Below, piece by piece: positions 1-9,415 of a DNA stretch of 64,000 nt. A program made the position numbers and the translations under genes. Below the pieces are notes generated by a model. It had not been told where the DNA came from. It ran no database searches and saw only the letters and a list, made by a program, of their open reading frames with translations. The stretch is from Burkholderiaceae bacterium (GTDB lineage Bacteria; Pseudomonadota; Gammaproteobacteria; Burkholderiales; Burkholderiaceae_E), in contig JBIIHU010000001.1 of assembly GCA_044235405.1 (NCBI GenBank), positions 375 through 64,374 of the forward strand, given 5' to 3'. Position 1 is the stretch's first letter; each line of letters starts with the position of its first letter.

Positions 1-335
1 TCGGGCACGGCTTCGATCAGCCAGTCGATGTGCTGGGTAGCGGCGGCCGGCCCGCCGATCTTCACCAGGTCGATGCCGGTGCCCTCGAGCTGGGACTGCG
101 CCTGCACCCAGTAGCGGCTGTCGGCGAACAGCGCGGCACGCTCGGGCGAGATCGCCAGCGTGCCCATCGAACCGGTGAAGCCGCTGAACCACTGCCGCGC
201 CTGCCAGCGCTCGGGCAGGTACTCGGACAGGTGCGGGTCACTCGAGGGCAGCAGCAGGGCCTGCAGGCCGTGGCGACGCAGGGCGTCGCGCGCGCGCTCG
301 AGGCGCAGACGGATCGGGGAGGTGCGGGTGTCCAT
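1..335 (-). CDS. Aminopeptidase P family (Xaa-Pro aminopeptidase), N-terminal part; runs off the window
   Basis: Manual translation from ATG at 335: MDTRTSPIRLRLERARDALRRHGLQALLLPSSDPHLSEYLPERWQARQWFSGFTGSMG...ADSRYWVQA, the typical creatinase-like N-domain of aminopeptidase P. Not in the ORF track because it is truncated. Confidence 0.88.
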   Translation of the reverse strand, partial: MDTRTSPIRLRLERARDALRRHGLQALLLPSSDPHLSEYLPERWQARQWFSGFTGSMGTLAISPERAALFADSRYWVQAQSQLEGTGIDLVKIGGPAAATQHIDWLIEAVP

Positions 336-487
336 GGGGCCCTCGAAAGCGAGCGGGGCTGACCGCGCCGGCATGGCGTGGTCAGCCCCGATTCTAGTGC
401 GCCCCGGCACGCGCCGAGCGTGGCGCCGGCGGCAGCCGGCCTGCCCGGGGCGTGCGTCGCCCGGGCAAGCCCGCCGCGCCGTCGCAC

Positions 488-2722
488 TCAGGTGCCGATC
501 GTGCCGCCGTCGTTCTTCGTGATGACGATGGTGGCCGAGCGCGGGCGGCTGCCGGCGCCGTAGCCCGCATTCGAAGGCCACTTGCTGGTGTACTTGGTCG
601 GATCGGCGATGTCGGCCTGCCGCGTGGTCTCGCCCGGGTGCTGGATGTTGATGAACAGCGCCTTGCCGTCCGGGGTCTCGCACACGCCGGTGATCTCGCT
701 GCCCGCGGGACCGACCAGGAAGCGCTTGAGGGTCTCGGCGGTGGGCGCCTTGCCGACGAAGGTGTCGACCACGAGATCGGCGAGGCCGGTTCGCGGGTAG
801 GTCAGCGTCTTCTTCGCACCGTCACCGACCGCGCCGGGGCGGGCGACCAGCATCATGCAGTTGGTCACATCGGTGTAGGCGCCATCGTCGGTCTGGATCC
901 AGAGCAGGCCGGTGGCCGGCGAGAAGACCAGGCCGTCGGGGCTGGAGAAATCCTGGTCGCCGGTCAGGTTCGACAGGTTGACCGTCGCCTTGTCGGCGTC
1001 GGCCTGGGCGCCGAACAGGTACACGTCCCAGGTGAAGGTGGTCGCGGTGTTGCCGGCCGCGCCCTCCTTCAGGCGCAGGATGTGTCCGTTGGGGTTGCCC
1101 TGCTGCGAGGTCGTGCCCTTCATGTCGGTGTAGACCCGCGGGTTGGCGGAATCGGGCGCGAGCTGGCTCGACGACGCGGGGGCGACGCGGCGGTTGCTGT
1201 TGTTGGTCAGCGTGAAGTAGATCTCGCCGTTGGCCGGGTTGACCGAGCACCACTCGGGCCGGTCCATCTTGGTGGCGCCCACCGCGTCGGCCGCCAGGCG
1301 GGTGTTGATGGCGATGTCGCCGGCGTCGGCGAAGGCGTAGGTGGTGTAGCCGGAGATCTGCGGGTTGCTGATCGCCAGTTCGATCCACTGGCCGGTGCCG
1401 TCGGCGTTGAACTTCGCCACATAGAGCTTGCCGCTGTCGAGGTACTTGCTGCCGGTGGCCATCCGATCGAGCGGGCTGGCGTCGGCCGCCGTCCAGTTCG
1501 TCGTCGACACGAACTTGTAGATGTACTCGTTGCGCGCGTCGCAGCCCATGTAGACGGCCAGCGGCTTGCCGGCCTCGAGCCTGCCGAAGGCGGCGCTCTC
1601 GTGGGCCATGCGGCCGAGCGCCGTGCGCTTGCGGGCCGTGGTCGACTTGCTGTACGGGTCGATCTCGACCACGTAGCCGAAGCCGTTCATCTCGTTGCGG
1701 TAGTCGTCGCTGCCGTCGGTCGAGGTACCCAGCTTGCTGTTGTTCCAGCGGGCGTACTGGTCGGCCGTGCCGCCCGACTCCCAGCCATGGCGCGAGGCCG
1801 CACCGGCGTTACGGCCGTAGCGGCGCAGCGCGGTCACGCTCTTGTCGTTGCCGCGCGCGGTATCGTCGGTCGACGTGCGGAAGAAGTAGCCGAACCAGTT
1901 CTCCTCGCCGGTGAGCAGCGTGCCCCAGGGGGTCTTGCCGGTGCCGCAGTTGTTCAGCGTGCCGCGGGTACGGGTGCCGTCGAGCGAGTACTTCGTGATC
2001 AGCTGCGGATGACCGCGCGCCGGACCCGAGATCTCCATCGGCGTCATCGTGGTGTAGCGGACGTTGAAGGCGGAATCCTTCACGTAGCTCCAGTCGCCGG
2101 TGCTGCCACGGCGCACCTCGACGACGGACACGCCGTGAATCATCAGCTCCTTGTCGATCTCGGCGGCCGGGCGGGGCAGCGTCGAGGTGCCGCCGTTGGC
2201 GTGCAGGAAGAACGAGGACAGCGCCTCGTCGGTGGTCGCCTCGTGGTTGACGCCGAGCAGGCCACGGTCGTTAGCCGTGACCGAGGGACGGCCCGAGGCG
2301 TCCAGGCCGAACCACTCCATGCCATCGTGGTGGTCGCCAGCGCGGTTCTCGTAGGCGGTGTCGGTGCCGTCGTTCTTGTACGCGGGCGTCGCGGCGTCGA
2401 GCGGGTCGCCGAGCGCGTAGATCACGCTGGCCTTGTAGCCGGTGGGCACGGCGACCACATCGGCCAGGCTCTTGGGCACCGGCGGGAAGGCGAGCAGCGG
2501 CGAGGCCGAGGGGGCGGGCGTCGTACCGCCATCGCTGCCGCAGGCCGACAGACCTAGCGAACCGAGGACAACCGTGGCCGCGCCGGCCATGCCACCGCGC
2601 AGCATGCCGCGGCGGCTCAGGCGCGCCTGCAGGATGCTGTCGAAGGTCGGGTTGGGCGAGGTGTTCGAGTCCTCTTCGTTGAAGTCGATGCGGGTGAGAG
2701 GAAGGTCGGCGGGTCTGTTCAT
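488..2722 (-). CDS. phoX: PhoX-family alkaline phosphatase (DUF839), Tat-exported lipoprotein
   Basis: SRRGML Tat motif and LGLSAC lipobox; GDHHDG, VNHE, LNNCGTGKTPWGTLLTGEEN, GRMAHE, MDRPEW, SPDGL, EITG and INIQHPG motifs. Start trimmed to MNRPADLP at 2722. Confidence 0.95.
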   Translation of the reverse strand: MNRPADLPLTRIDFNEEDSNTSPNPTFDSILQARLSRRGMLRGGMAGAATVVLGSLGLSACGSDGGTTPAPSASPLLAFPPVPKSLADVVAVPTGYKASVIYALGDPLDAATPAYKNDGTDTAYENRAGDHHDGMEWFGLDASGRPSVTANDRGLLGVNHEATTDEALSSFFLHANGGTSTLPRPAAEIDKELMIHGVSVVEVRRGSTGDWSYVKDSAFNVRYTTMTPMEISGPARGHPQLITKYSLDGTRTRGTLNNCGTGKTPWGTLLTGEENWFGYFFRTSTDDTARGNDKSVTALRRYGRNAGAASRHGWESGGTADQYARWNNSKLGTSTDGSDDYRNEMNGFGYVVEIDPYSKSTTARKRTALGRMAHESAAFGRLEAGKPLAVYMGCDARNEYIYKFVSTTNWTAADASPLDRMATGSKYLDSGKLYVAKFNADGTGQWIELAISNPQISGYTTYAFADAGDIAINTRLAADAVGATKMDRPEWCSVNPANGEIYFTLTNNSNRRVAPASSSQLAPDSANPRVYTDMKGTTSQQGNPNGHILRLKEGAAGNTATTFTWDVYLFGAQADADKATVNLSNLTGDQDFSSPDGLVFSPATGLLWIQTDDGAYTDVTNCMMLVARPGAVGDGAKKTLTYPRTGLADLVVDTFVGKAPTAETLKRFLVGPAGSEITGVCETPDGKALFINIQHPGETTRQADIADPTKYTSKWPSNAGYGAGSRPRSATIVITKNDGGTIGT

Positions 2723-2759
2723 CGCTGGCTCCATGGAGGGTGCCTCGATGGTTGCGCGC

Positions 2760-2803
2760 GCCGATGACAGCAGGATTGAAGCCCGATGACGAACACATGA
2801 CGG
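2760..2803 (-). promoter_or_regulatory. PHO box (PhoB-binding, four 11-bp units) upstream of phoX
   Basis: Minus strand reads CCGTCATGTGT TCGTCATCGGG CTTCAATCCTG CTGTCATCGGC. GTCAT recurs at 11-bp spacing, matching the CTGTCAT-N4 PHO consensus, and begins 38 bp upstream of the phoX start. Confidence 0.8.
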
Positions 2804-2944
2804 CCTGCCGGCGTCGCCGCGCAAGGCGCCACGCCGCCGACAGTCCCCGTGTGTACGCCATGCCGCCCGCCGGTCCGGATGGCCGAGGCGAACTAGGCCG
2901 AATGGCCGATACCGCCGCCAGGCCACTTCGTCGACACTGCACCG

Positions 2945-3118
2945 ATGGACGAAGACGAAGTGGTACCCGCCCCGCTGCCTGCCCTGTCGCTGCTGCCCGA
3001 CGGCGCGCTGCTGCTGCTCTATGCCACCGGTCAGGCCTGGCGCGTGGAGCGCGACGGCACGCTGGTGCCCTGCTCGGCCGAAGGCCGCCCGATCGAGGCC
3101 CCGCCATCGCCCTGCTGA
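2945..3118 (+). CDS. Small hypothetical protein (57 aa)
   Basis: Manual translation MDEDEVVPAPLPALSLLPDGALLLLYATGQAWRVERDGTLVPCSAEGRPIEAPPSPC*. Strong G/C at third codon positions; fills an intergenic gap; below the ORF-track cutoff. Confidence 0.5.
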   Translation: MDEDEVVPAPLPALSLLPDGALLLLYATGQAWRVERDGTLVPCSAEGRPIEAPPSPC

Positions 3119-3158
3119 TCCGCAGGCCGCGCATCGGGCAGGCTTGGGCGCAGGCGCA

Positions 3159-3186
3159 TTGACGCCAGCCATCGGGCGGCGATAGT
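3159..3186 (+). promoter_or_regulatory. Possible sigma70 promoter of the M48 protease gene
   Basis: TTGACG-N16-GATAGT ending about 40 bp upstream of the TTG start at 3226. Confidence 0.4.
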
Positions 3187-3225
3187 TTCGGGCACCGACC
3201 TCCGGTCCTGCCTGCACCTACCGCC

Positions 3226-4617
3226 TTGACACGCTCCATCGAATCACCCGCCTGCGCACGGGCCCCTCGGCATACCCCGGACCATGCCGCCAGCCTCGCG
3301 CAACGCCTGCGGCGCCATCGGCTGAGCCGTCGCGACACCCTGTGGCTGTTCGGCGTCGCGGCCGCCGCGAGCACGCTCGGCGGCTGCGCCACATCGCCGG
3401 TCACTGGCGAGCGCATCCTCGTCGGGCTCAGCGAGAGCGACGAGCGCGCCATCGACCGCCGCCAGGCCCCGCACCAGTTCTCCGCCGACATGGGCGCGGT
3501 CCAGGACGCCGGCATCAATGCCTACGTGAGCGGCGTGGGCCGCCGGCTGCAGGCCGGCGTGCACCGGCCCGACATGCCGTACAACTACCGGGTCCTCAAC
3601 GCCAACTACGTCAACGCGTACACCTTTCCGGCGGGCGCGATGGGCGTCACCCGGGGCATCCTGGTCGATCTGCAGGACGAATCCGAACTCGCCGCGCTGC
3701 TCGGCCATGAACTCGGCCATGTCAACGCGCGGCACAGCGCGCAGCGCCAGGGCCAGGCGCTGGTCGCGCAGGCGGCGGCGGCCACGCTGACCGTGGCCGC
3801 GAGCGACTCGCGCTGGGCACCGCTGGTGGGCCTTGGCTCGCAGATCGGCGCCAGCGCCCTGCTGGCGAGCTACTCGCGCGACAACGAACGCGAGGCCGAT
3901 GCGCTGGGCCAGGGCTACCTGGTGCGGGCAGGCTACCCCGCAAACGGCATGGTCCGACTGCACGAGCTCCTGATGAACGAAAAGGAGCGCCAACCCTCGA
4001 TGCTCGAAACCCTGTTCGCGACCCATCCGATGGCGCCCGAGCGCCGCGAGGCGGCGCAGCGTCTGGCCGACAGCACCTATGCCGCGAGCCGGAATGCGCC
4101 GGCCGGCCGCGAGATCTTCATGGACAGCACGGCATCGCTGCGCCGCTTGAAGCCCACCATCGAAGCCTGCAAGCGGGGCGAAACCGCACTCTCCAGGAAG
4201 TCGCTCGGTGATGCCCAGGGCCAGTTCGATCTGGCGCTGCGCCAGAGCCCGCGCGACTACCCGGCGCTGCTGCGGATGTCGCAGACCCTGCAGGCCCAGG
4301 GGCGGCTTGCGGACGCCCGGCGATATGCCGAGAGCGCGCGCGAGGTCTATCCGCAGGAGGCACAGGCGGTCAAGCTGCTCGCCTCGCTCAAGATGGGACT
4401 GCGCGAGCCCGAAGGCGCCCTTCGCGACCTCGAGAGCTTCGACCGGATGCTGCCAGGCGACCCGGGCACCGGTTTCCTGAAAGGCGTGGCGCTCGAATCG
4501 ATGGGCCGGCGCGAGGCCGCCGCGCAGGAGTACCGGCGCTTTCTCGCCGTCACCCAGCAGGGGCAGGCGGCGGGCTATGCGTCGCAGCGCCTGAAGGCCT
4601 GGGGCTACGCGCGCTGA
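3226..4617 (+). CDS. M48-family Zn metalloprotease with C-terminal TPRs (BepA/YfgC-like), Tat lipoprotein
   Basis: SRRDTL Tat motif, LGGCA lipobox, VNAYTFPAG, HELGH zinc motif, YSRDNEREAD, THP and TPR-like repeats. Confidence 0.92.
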   Translation: MTRSIESPACARAPRHTPDHAASLAQRLRRHRLSRRDTLWLFGVAAAASTLGGCATSPVTGERILVGLSESDERAIDRRQAPHQFSADMGAVQDAGINAYVSGVGRRLQAGVHRPDMPYNYRVLNANYVNAYTFPAGAMGVTRGILVDLQDESELAALLGHELGHVNARHSAQRQGQALVAQAAAATLTVAASDSRWAPLVGLGSQIGASALLASYSRDNEREADALGQGYLVRAGYPANGMVRLHELLMNEKERQPSMLETLFATHPMAPERREAAQRLADSTYAASRNAPAGREIFMDSTASLRRLKPTIEACKRGETALSRKSLGDAQGQFDLALRQSPRDYPALLRMSQTLQAQGRLADARRYAESAREVYPQEAQAVKLLASLKMGLREPEGALRDLESFDRMLPGDPGTGFLKGVALESMGRREAAAQEYRRFLAVTQQGQAAGYASQRLKAWGYAR

Positions 4618-6269
4618 GCCGCCGGCATCGGTATCGCCTGCGCGAGCAGCCCCGCGTCGGCGCGCAGCCGATGGCGCGACACCTTTTCGGTCGGCGTCCG
4701 AGGCAGGTTGTCGCGCACCACGAGCCAGCGAGGGTGCTTGAAGGCGGCCAGGTGGCGAGCGCAGTGCTCGACGACCGACTCGGCCGACGGGGCCGCGCCC
4801 GCGCGCGGCACGATCACTGCGAGCAGATCCTCCTCGCCGAGCTCGGCCGGCACCCCCACGCAAGCCGCCTCGCTGACCGCAGGGTGGGTCAGCAGCACAG
4901 CCTCCACCTCGGCCACCGACACGTTCTCGCCGCGGCAGCGGACGATCTCGGTGGTGCGGCCGACCAGCCAGGCGTAGCCCTCGGCATCGAGCCGGCCGAC
5001 ATCCTCGGTGAGGAACCAGCCCTCGGAGTCGATCGCCGAGGCGAGGTCGGGCCGATTGAAGTAGCCGCGCATCAGAAGGCGGCTGCGCAGCATGATGCGG
5101 CCGACCTCGCCGACCGGCAGCGACCGGCGCGCCTCGTCGACGATGCGGATCTCGCTGACCGTCTCGCCACTCAGCGGATGACGGATCGGCCGGCCGAGGC
5201 AGGCACGGTGCTGCCTGTCGTCGAAGTCGATCTGCGCGACGCCCGGCGCTTCGGTCATGCCGTAGCTCTCGACCACATGCGTGATGCCGAAGACCTCGCG
5301 CAACTGCGTGGCCGCCTGCTCGGACACCGGCGCGGCCGACACCTTGCGCAGCGTGTCGTTGCCCGGGAACTCGGCGCGATCGCGCTTGAGCAGGATGTTG
5401 CCCACCGCCGCGATCAGGTTGACCTGCGTGACGCCGTGACGGCGCACGGTCTGCCAGAAGCTGCCGGCGCTGAAGCGTTCCTCGATCACCAGCCGCGCAC
5501 CACTCGCGATCGCGCCACCCACCGAGTAGAAGAGCGCGTTCAGGTGGAACATCGGGAGCATCGCCAGCACGGTGTCCTCGGGCGACAGGCGCATGCGCCA
5601 GGCCGCGATCTCGGCGGCGGCCACGTAGGTGCGCTGCGTGTGGACGGCACCCTTGGGCACGCCGGTGGTGCCGGAAGTGAAGACGATGGCGAGCGGGTCG
5701 TCGGGTTCGGGTGCGTCGCCATGGACGACGACCGCGGGTAGGGCTGCCGGTGCCGAGTCGCGGGCGGGGTCCGGCTGCATCGACGCCGCATCGAGGCACA
5801 GCGTGGCCGCGGGTATGCGCAGGCGCAAGCACGTGACGAGGGAGGCCGCCGCCAGGGCCGCGTCGACCGTGGCGTCGATCGTATCGATCGCGACCACCGC
5901 GGCGGCGCCCAGCACCTGGAGCACCGCGGCGAGCTCCGCGGCGGTCAGGGCCGGGTTGACCGGCGCGAACACCAGCCGCGCGCGGGCACAGGCAAGCAGC
6001 AGCAGCAGCGGCGCATCACCGTTGGGCAGGATCGCCGCCACACGGTCGCCCCGGCGAAGACCCGCCTCCAGGAGGCGTCGCGCCCAGCGATCGACCCGCT
6101 GGTCGAACTCGCGCCATCCCTGCTCGCGACCGCTCGCCGCGAGGAAAGGCGCCACGCCGGCGGCCTGGACGCGAGCCCGGAAGAGCGCATCGAGGGTATC
6201 GGCCACGCGCGGCAGCCGCAGCGCCGCCAGGCAGCGCCGCGCGGCCTCGTCGGGATCGATCGGGGCCAT
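4605..6269 (-). CDS. AMP-binding acyl-CoA ligase (CaiC-like)
   Basis: FTSGTTGVPKG, YGMTE, GWFLTEDVG and RCRGENV motifs. Start MAPIDP overlaps the stop of the hydratase gene (TGATG). Confidence 0.92.
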   Translation of the reverse strand: MAPIDPDEAARRCLAALRLPRVADTLDALFRARVQAAGVAPFLAASGREQGWREFDQRVDRWARRLLEAGLRRGDRVAAILPNGDAPLLLLLACARARLVFAPVNPALTAAELAAVLQVLGAAAVVAIDTIDATVDAALAAASLVTCLRLRIPAATLCLDAASMQPDPARDSAPAALPAVVVHGDAPEPDDPLAIVFTSGTTGVPKGAVHTQRTYVAAAEIAAWRMRLSPEDTVLAMLPMFHLNALFYSVGGAIASGARLVIEERFSAGSFWQTVRRHGVTQVNLIAAVGNILLKRDRAEFPGNDTLRKVSAAPVSEQAATQLREVFGITHVVESYGMTEAPGVAQIDFDDRQHRACLGRPIRHPLSGETVSEIRIVDEARRSLPVGEVGRIMLRSRLLMRGYFNRPDLASAIDSEGWFLTEDVGRLDAEGYAWLVGRTTEIVRCRGENVSVAEVEAVLLTHPAVSEAACVGVPAELGEEDLLAVIVPRAGAAPSAESVVEHCARHLAAFKHPRWLVVRDNLPRTPTEKVSRHRLRADAGLLAQAIPMPAAQRA

Positions 6270-7027
6270 CACAGGTGCCCGGCCGCACGGGCCGCACGGA
6301 AGGCTTCGGTCTGGGCCTGCACATGCCAGTCCATCGCCTCGCGCAGGCCCACCGAGAGTCCCCCGGCAAGCGAGCGCTTGCCCACACCGAAAGCGCTCTC
6401 CGGCATGCGGGCGAGGGCCTCGCACCAGACCTCCGCCTGGGCCTGCAGCGCCTCGGCCGCGCACACCGTGCTGACCAGGCCCATCGCCGCCATCGCCGCG
6501 GCGTCGAACTCGCGGCCGAGCAGCACCATCTCGGCGGCGCGCTGCCGCCCCATCAGCCTCGGCATCAGCCAGCCGCCGCCGGCCAGCCCGCGGTGCGCTT
6601 CCGGGAGCGCGAAGCGGGTTCCCTCGACCGCAACGACGAAGTCCGAGCACAGCGCGAGCGCCGCGCCCCCGCCCCGGGCGTCGGCCTGCACCAGGCAGAC
6701 GATGGGGCGGCTCAGCTCGATCATCTCGGCGTAGAGCGCGAGCACCGCCCGCATGTAGTCGGCGAAGGCGGGCGCGTCGAAGTCGCGGAACTCCTTGATG
6801 TCGGCTCCCGCGCAGAAGCAGCGCCCCTCGGCGGACAGCAGCAGCGCGTGCGGCGCGGCGGCGCCGGCTGCGTTCACCGCGGCGAGGTGCCCGCGCAGCG
6901 CCGCCACCGTGGCGCCGGAGAGGGGATTCACTCCGCTGGCCGACCGCAGGTGCAGCCTCGCCCAGCGCCGGCCATGCGCCTCATGCTCGTGCCACAGGAC
7001 CTCGGTGGCGGTGCGCGGCGCGCTCAC
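6269..7027 (-). CDS. Enoyl-CoA hydratase/isomerase family protein
   Basis: FCAGADIKE, ARGGGAALALCSDF and FALPEAHRG crotonase motifs. Confidence 0.92.
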   Translation of the reverse strand: MSAPRTATEVLWHEHEAHGRRWARLHLRSASGVNPLSGATVAALRGHLAAVNAAGAAAPHALLLSAEGRCFCAGADIKEFRDFDAPAFADYMRAVLALYAEMIELSRPIVCLVQADARGGGAALALCSDFVVAVEGTRFALPEAHRGLAGGGWLMPRLMGRQRAAEMVLLGREFDAAAMAAMGLVSTVCAAEALQAQAEVWCEALARMPESAFGVGKRSLAGGLSVGLREAMDWHVQAQTEAFRAARAAGHL

Positions 7028-7081
7028 TGGCCTACCCTCCGTTCAACGGAGCGTGCGAAGCGAGGCAGGCTCATCGGGCGA

Positions 7082-8125
7082 TCAGTCGAGCGAGATCTTC
7101 TCGCGCCGGATCACCTCGCCCCAGGCCTCATGCTCGGCGCGCATGCGCGCCGCGAAGACCGGCGGATCCGGGAAACCGGGCACCCCGTGCGGCAGCAGCT
7201 GCCGGGCAAGCGCGGCGTCCTCGCGCAGCGAGCCCATCGCCGCGTGCAGTGCCGCGAGTACCGGCGCGGGCGTCTGGGCTGGCGCCATCCAGGCAAGCCA
7301 GAAGGTGACGTCGAAGCCCGGGAAGCCCGACTCGGCGACCGTGGGCACATCCGGCAGGTCGCGCCAGCGCTGTGCACTCGTGACCGCGAGTGCGCGCAGC
7401 CGCCCGCTTCTGACAAGCGGCACCGCGAGCGGCGTGTCGAGCGCGAAGTCGACCTCCTGGCCGAGCAGCCCGGCCTGCGAGGCACTGGTGCCCTTGTAGG
7501 GCACGGTCGTGAGCTTCACGCCGGCCTGGCCGGTGATGATCTCGACGCTGAGCTGGGTGATGTTGCCCAGCCCCGCCGACCCGAAGCGCAGGTCGCCGGG
7601 CCGCGCGCGGGCCATCGCGACGAGCTCGCCGAGGCTGCGCACCTGGGCGGTGCGCTCGGCCGCGGCGTTGACCATCACGATCAGCGGCGCCGACACGATC
7701 ATCGTCACCGGGACGAAATCGCTCATCTGGTAGCCGAGCCGGCGGTACAGCTGCGGGTTGACCGTCATGCCGCTGGAGTTGGTCGCGAGCAGCGTGTGAC
7801 CGTCCGGCTGCGAGCGGATCACGTCGGTGGCCGCGAGCACCCCGTTGGCGCCAGGCTTGTTCTCGACCACCACCGGCTGGCCGAGGCGGGTGCGCAGCGC
7901 CTCGGCGAGCAAGCGCGAGACCACGTCGAGGGTATTGCCTGCCGGAAAGCCGACGACGATGCGGATCGGACGTGTCGGCCAGGCCTGGGACCGCGCGTCG
8001 GGGGCGAGCGCGGCCCCGGCGGCCGCCAGCGGCAGGTGCAGCAGCGAACGCCGCGCGCGCCCCGGCCGGCCTGGAACCGCGGCAGGGAGCACGGGCTGCG
8101 AGGACACGGACAGGTCGTGCGGCAT
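7082..8125 (-). CDS. Bug-family tripartite tricarboxylate transporter substrate-binding protein
   Basis: WPTRPIRIVVGFPAG, VENKPGANG, PDGHTLL and VPYKG. Confidence 0.93.
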   Translation of the reverse strand: MPHDLSVSSQPVLPAAVPGRPGRARRSLLHLPLAAAGAALAPDARSQAWPTRPIRIVVGFPAGNTLDVVSRLLAEALRTRLGQPVVVENKPGANGVLAATDVIRSQPDGHTLLATNSSGMTVNPQLYRRLGYQMSDFVPVTMIVSAPLIVMVNAAAERTAQVRSLGELVAMARARPGDLRFGSAGLGNITQLSVEIITGQAGVKLTTVPYKGTSASQAGLLGQEVDFALDTPLAVPLVRSGRLRALAVTSAQRWRDLPDVPTVAESGFPGFDVTFWLAWMAPAQTPAPVLAALHAAMGSLREDAALARQLLPHGVPGFPDPPVFAARMRAEHEAWGEVIRREKISLD

Positions 8126-8169
8126 GAAGCGCTCCCTGGCAGCCGGGGCTGCGGTGGCGGGAATCGGAA

Positions 8170-8218
<49 letters not shown>

Positions 8219-8394
8219 TCACCAGCATGGCACCAAGTCGGACACCGAGGGTTCCGTTTCGGGCGGGGTCGGCTGTCCGCGGCGGCGCGGCCGCGCTTTG
8301 CGCCCCGCGACGAATCGGGGAAGATGGGCGCCCGTCCTGCCGGGCTCGCGCCGCGACCGCGCACGGGCCCTCTGTGTCGAAGCGAGGAGATCCG

Positions 8395-8745
8395 ATGGCA
8401 CGCGTGCGCTGCATCACCGAGATGGGCATGGGCGTCGACGTCCATGGCCGTGACGCCACCAAGGCCGCGCGCCGCGCGGTGTCGGACGCGATCCGCCACA
8501 GCAGCCTGGGCTTCTTCCGGATGCTGGGCAAGACCGCCCACGACATGTACGTCGACGTCACGATCGGCGTGCCCGACCCCTCGGCCGTCGACACGAAGGC
8601 GGTCGCGGCCGAACTGCCCTACGGCACCGTCTCGGTCACCGCGGTACGCGGCGGCCTGGAAATCCCCGCCGAGGGCGGCGGCGACGCCATCCTCATCGCC
8701 AATGCCGCGGTCATCGTCAGCCTCGATGACGACCGCGACGCCTGA
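8395..8745 (+). CDS. Lin0512-family protein
   Basis: MARVRCITEMGMGVDVHGRDATKAARRAVSDAIRHSSL signature; GAGGAG RBS upstream. Confidence 0.88.
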   Translation: MARVRCITEMGMGVDVHGRDATKAARRAVSDAIRHSSLGFFRMLGKTAHDMYVDVTIGVPDPSAVDTKAVAAELPYGTVSVTAVRGGLEIPAEGGGDAILIANAAVIVSLDDDRDA

Positions 8746-8764
8746 AACCTCCAGGAGACCCACG

Positions 8765-9400
8765 ATGATCAAGCTGCACGGCGCCCCGCTCAGCAACTAC
8801 TACAACATGGTCAAGAGCGCGCTGCTCGAAAAGGGCATCGCCTTCGAGGAAGTGCTCACACGACCCTCGCAGGAAAGCGGCTACCTCGCCCGCAGCCCGA
8901 TGGGCAAGATCCCGTGCCTGGAGACCGAGCGAGGCTTCCTGACCGAGACCCACGCGATCCTCGACTTCCTCGAGGACCTGCAGCCCGCGCCCGCGCTGCT
9001 GCCGGCCGACGCCTGGGAGCGTGCGAAGGTGCGCGAGCTCGTGCAGTCGCTCGAGCTCTACGTGGAGCTGGTCGCGCGGCGCGGCCTGGGCTTCCTGTTC
9101 GGGCGCGAGGTGCCCGATGCGGTCAAGGCCGACATCGCGCGCGACCTGCCCAAGGGGCTGGCCGCGGTCGGCAAGCTCGCGAGCTTCTCGCCGTGGATCG
9201 GCGGCAGCCAGTTCACCTACGCCGACATCTTCGCCTACTGGACCTTCGCGCTCGCGCGACTCTCGGGCAAGCACAACGCCGAGCTCGACATCTTCGCCGC
9301 GCTGCCCGGCTCGAAGGCCTGGTTCGACGCGGTCGCCGCGCGGCCCGGCGTGGCCCGCGCGCTCGCCGATCAGGCCGCCGCGCGCGCGCCGCGCAGCTGA
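8765..9400 (+). CDS. Glutathione S-transferase
   Basis: MIKLHGAPLSNYYNMVKSALLEKG...SPMGKIPCL...LTETHAI GST N-domain; AGGAG RBS. Confidence 0.92.
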   Translation: MIKLHGAPLSNYYNMVKSALLEKGIAFEEVLTRPSQESGYLARSPMGKIPCLETERGFLTETHAILDFLEDLQPAPALLPADAWERAKVRELVQSLELYVELVARRGLGFLFGREVPDAVKADIARDLPKGLAAVGKLASFSPWIGGSQFTYADIFAYWTFALARLSGKHNAELDIFAALPGSKAWFDAVAARPGVARALADQAAARAPRS

Positions 9401-9415
9401 GCTGGAGCGACCACG

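Noticed and set aside
452-2557. Long antisense and alternate-frame ORFs throughout (e.g. 452-2557, 3244-5832, 8717-11116, 27886-29922, 31298-35824, 40340-42829)
   Set aside because: They are Arg/Ala/Gly/Pro-rich shadows of real genes on the other strand or frame, expected in high-GC DNA, and show no family motifs.
8219-8401. 60-aa ORF ending at the hexamer repeat
   Set aside because: No motif, low-complexity composition, and it overlaps the Lin0512 RBS/start region on the opposite strand.
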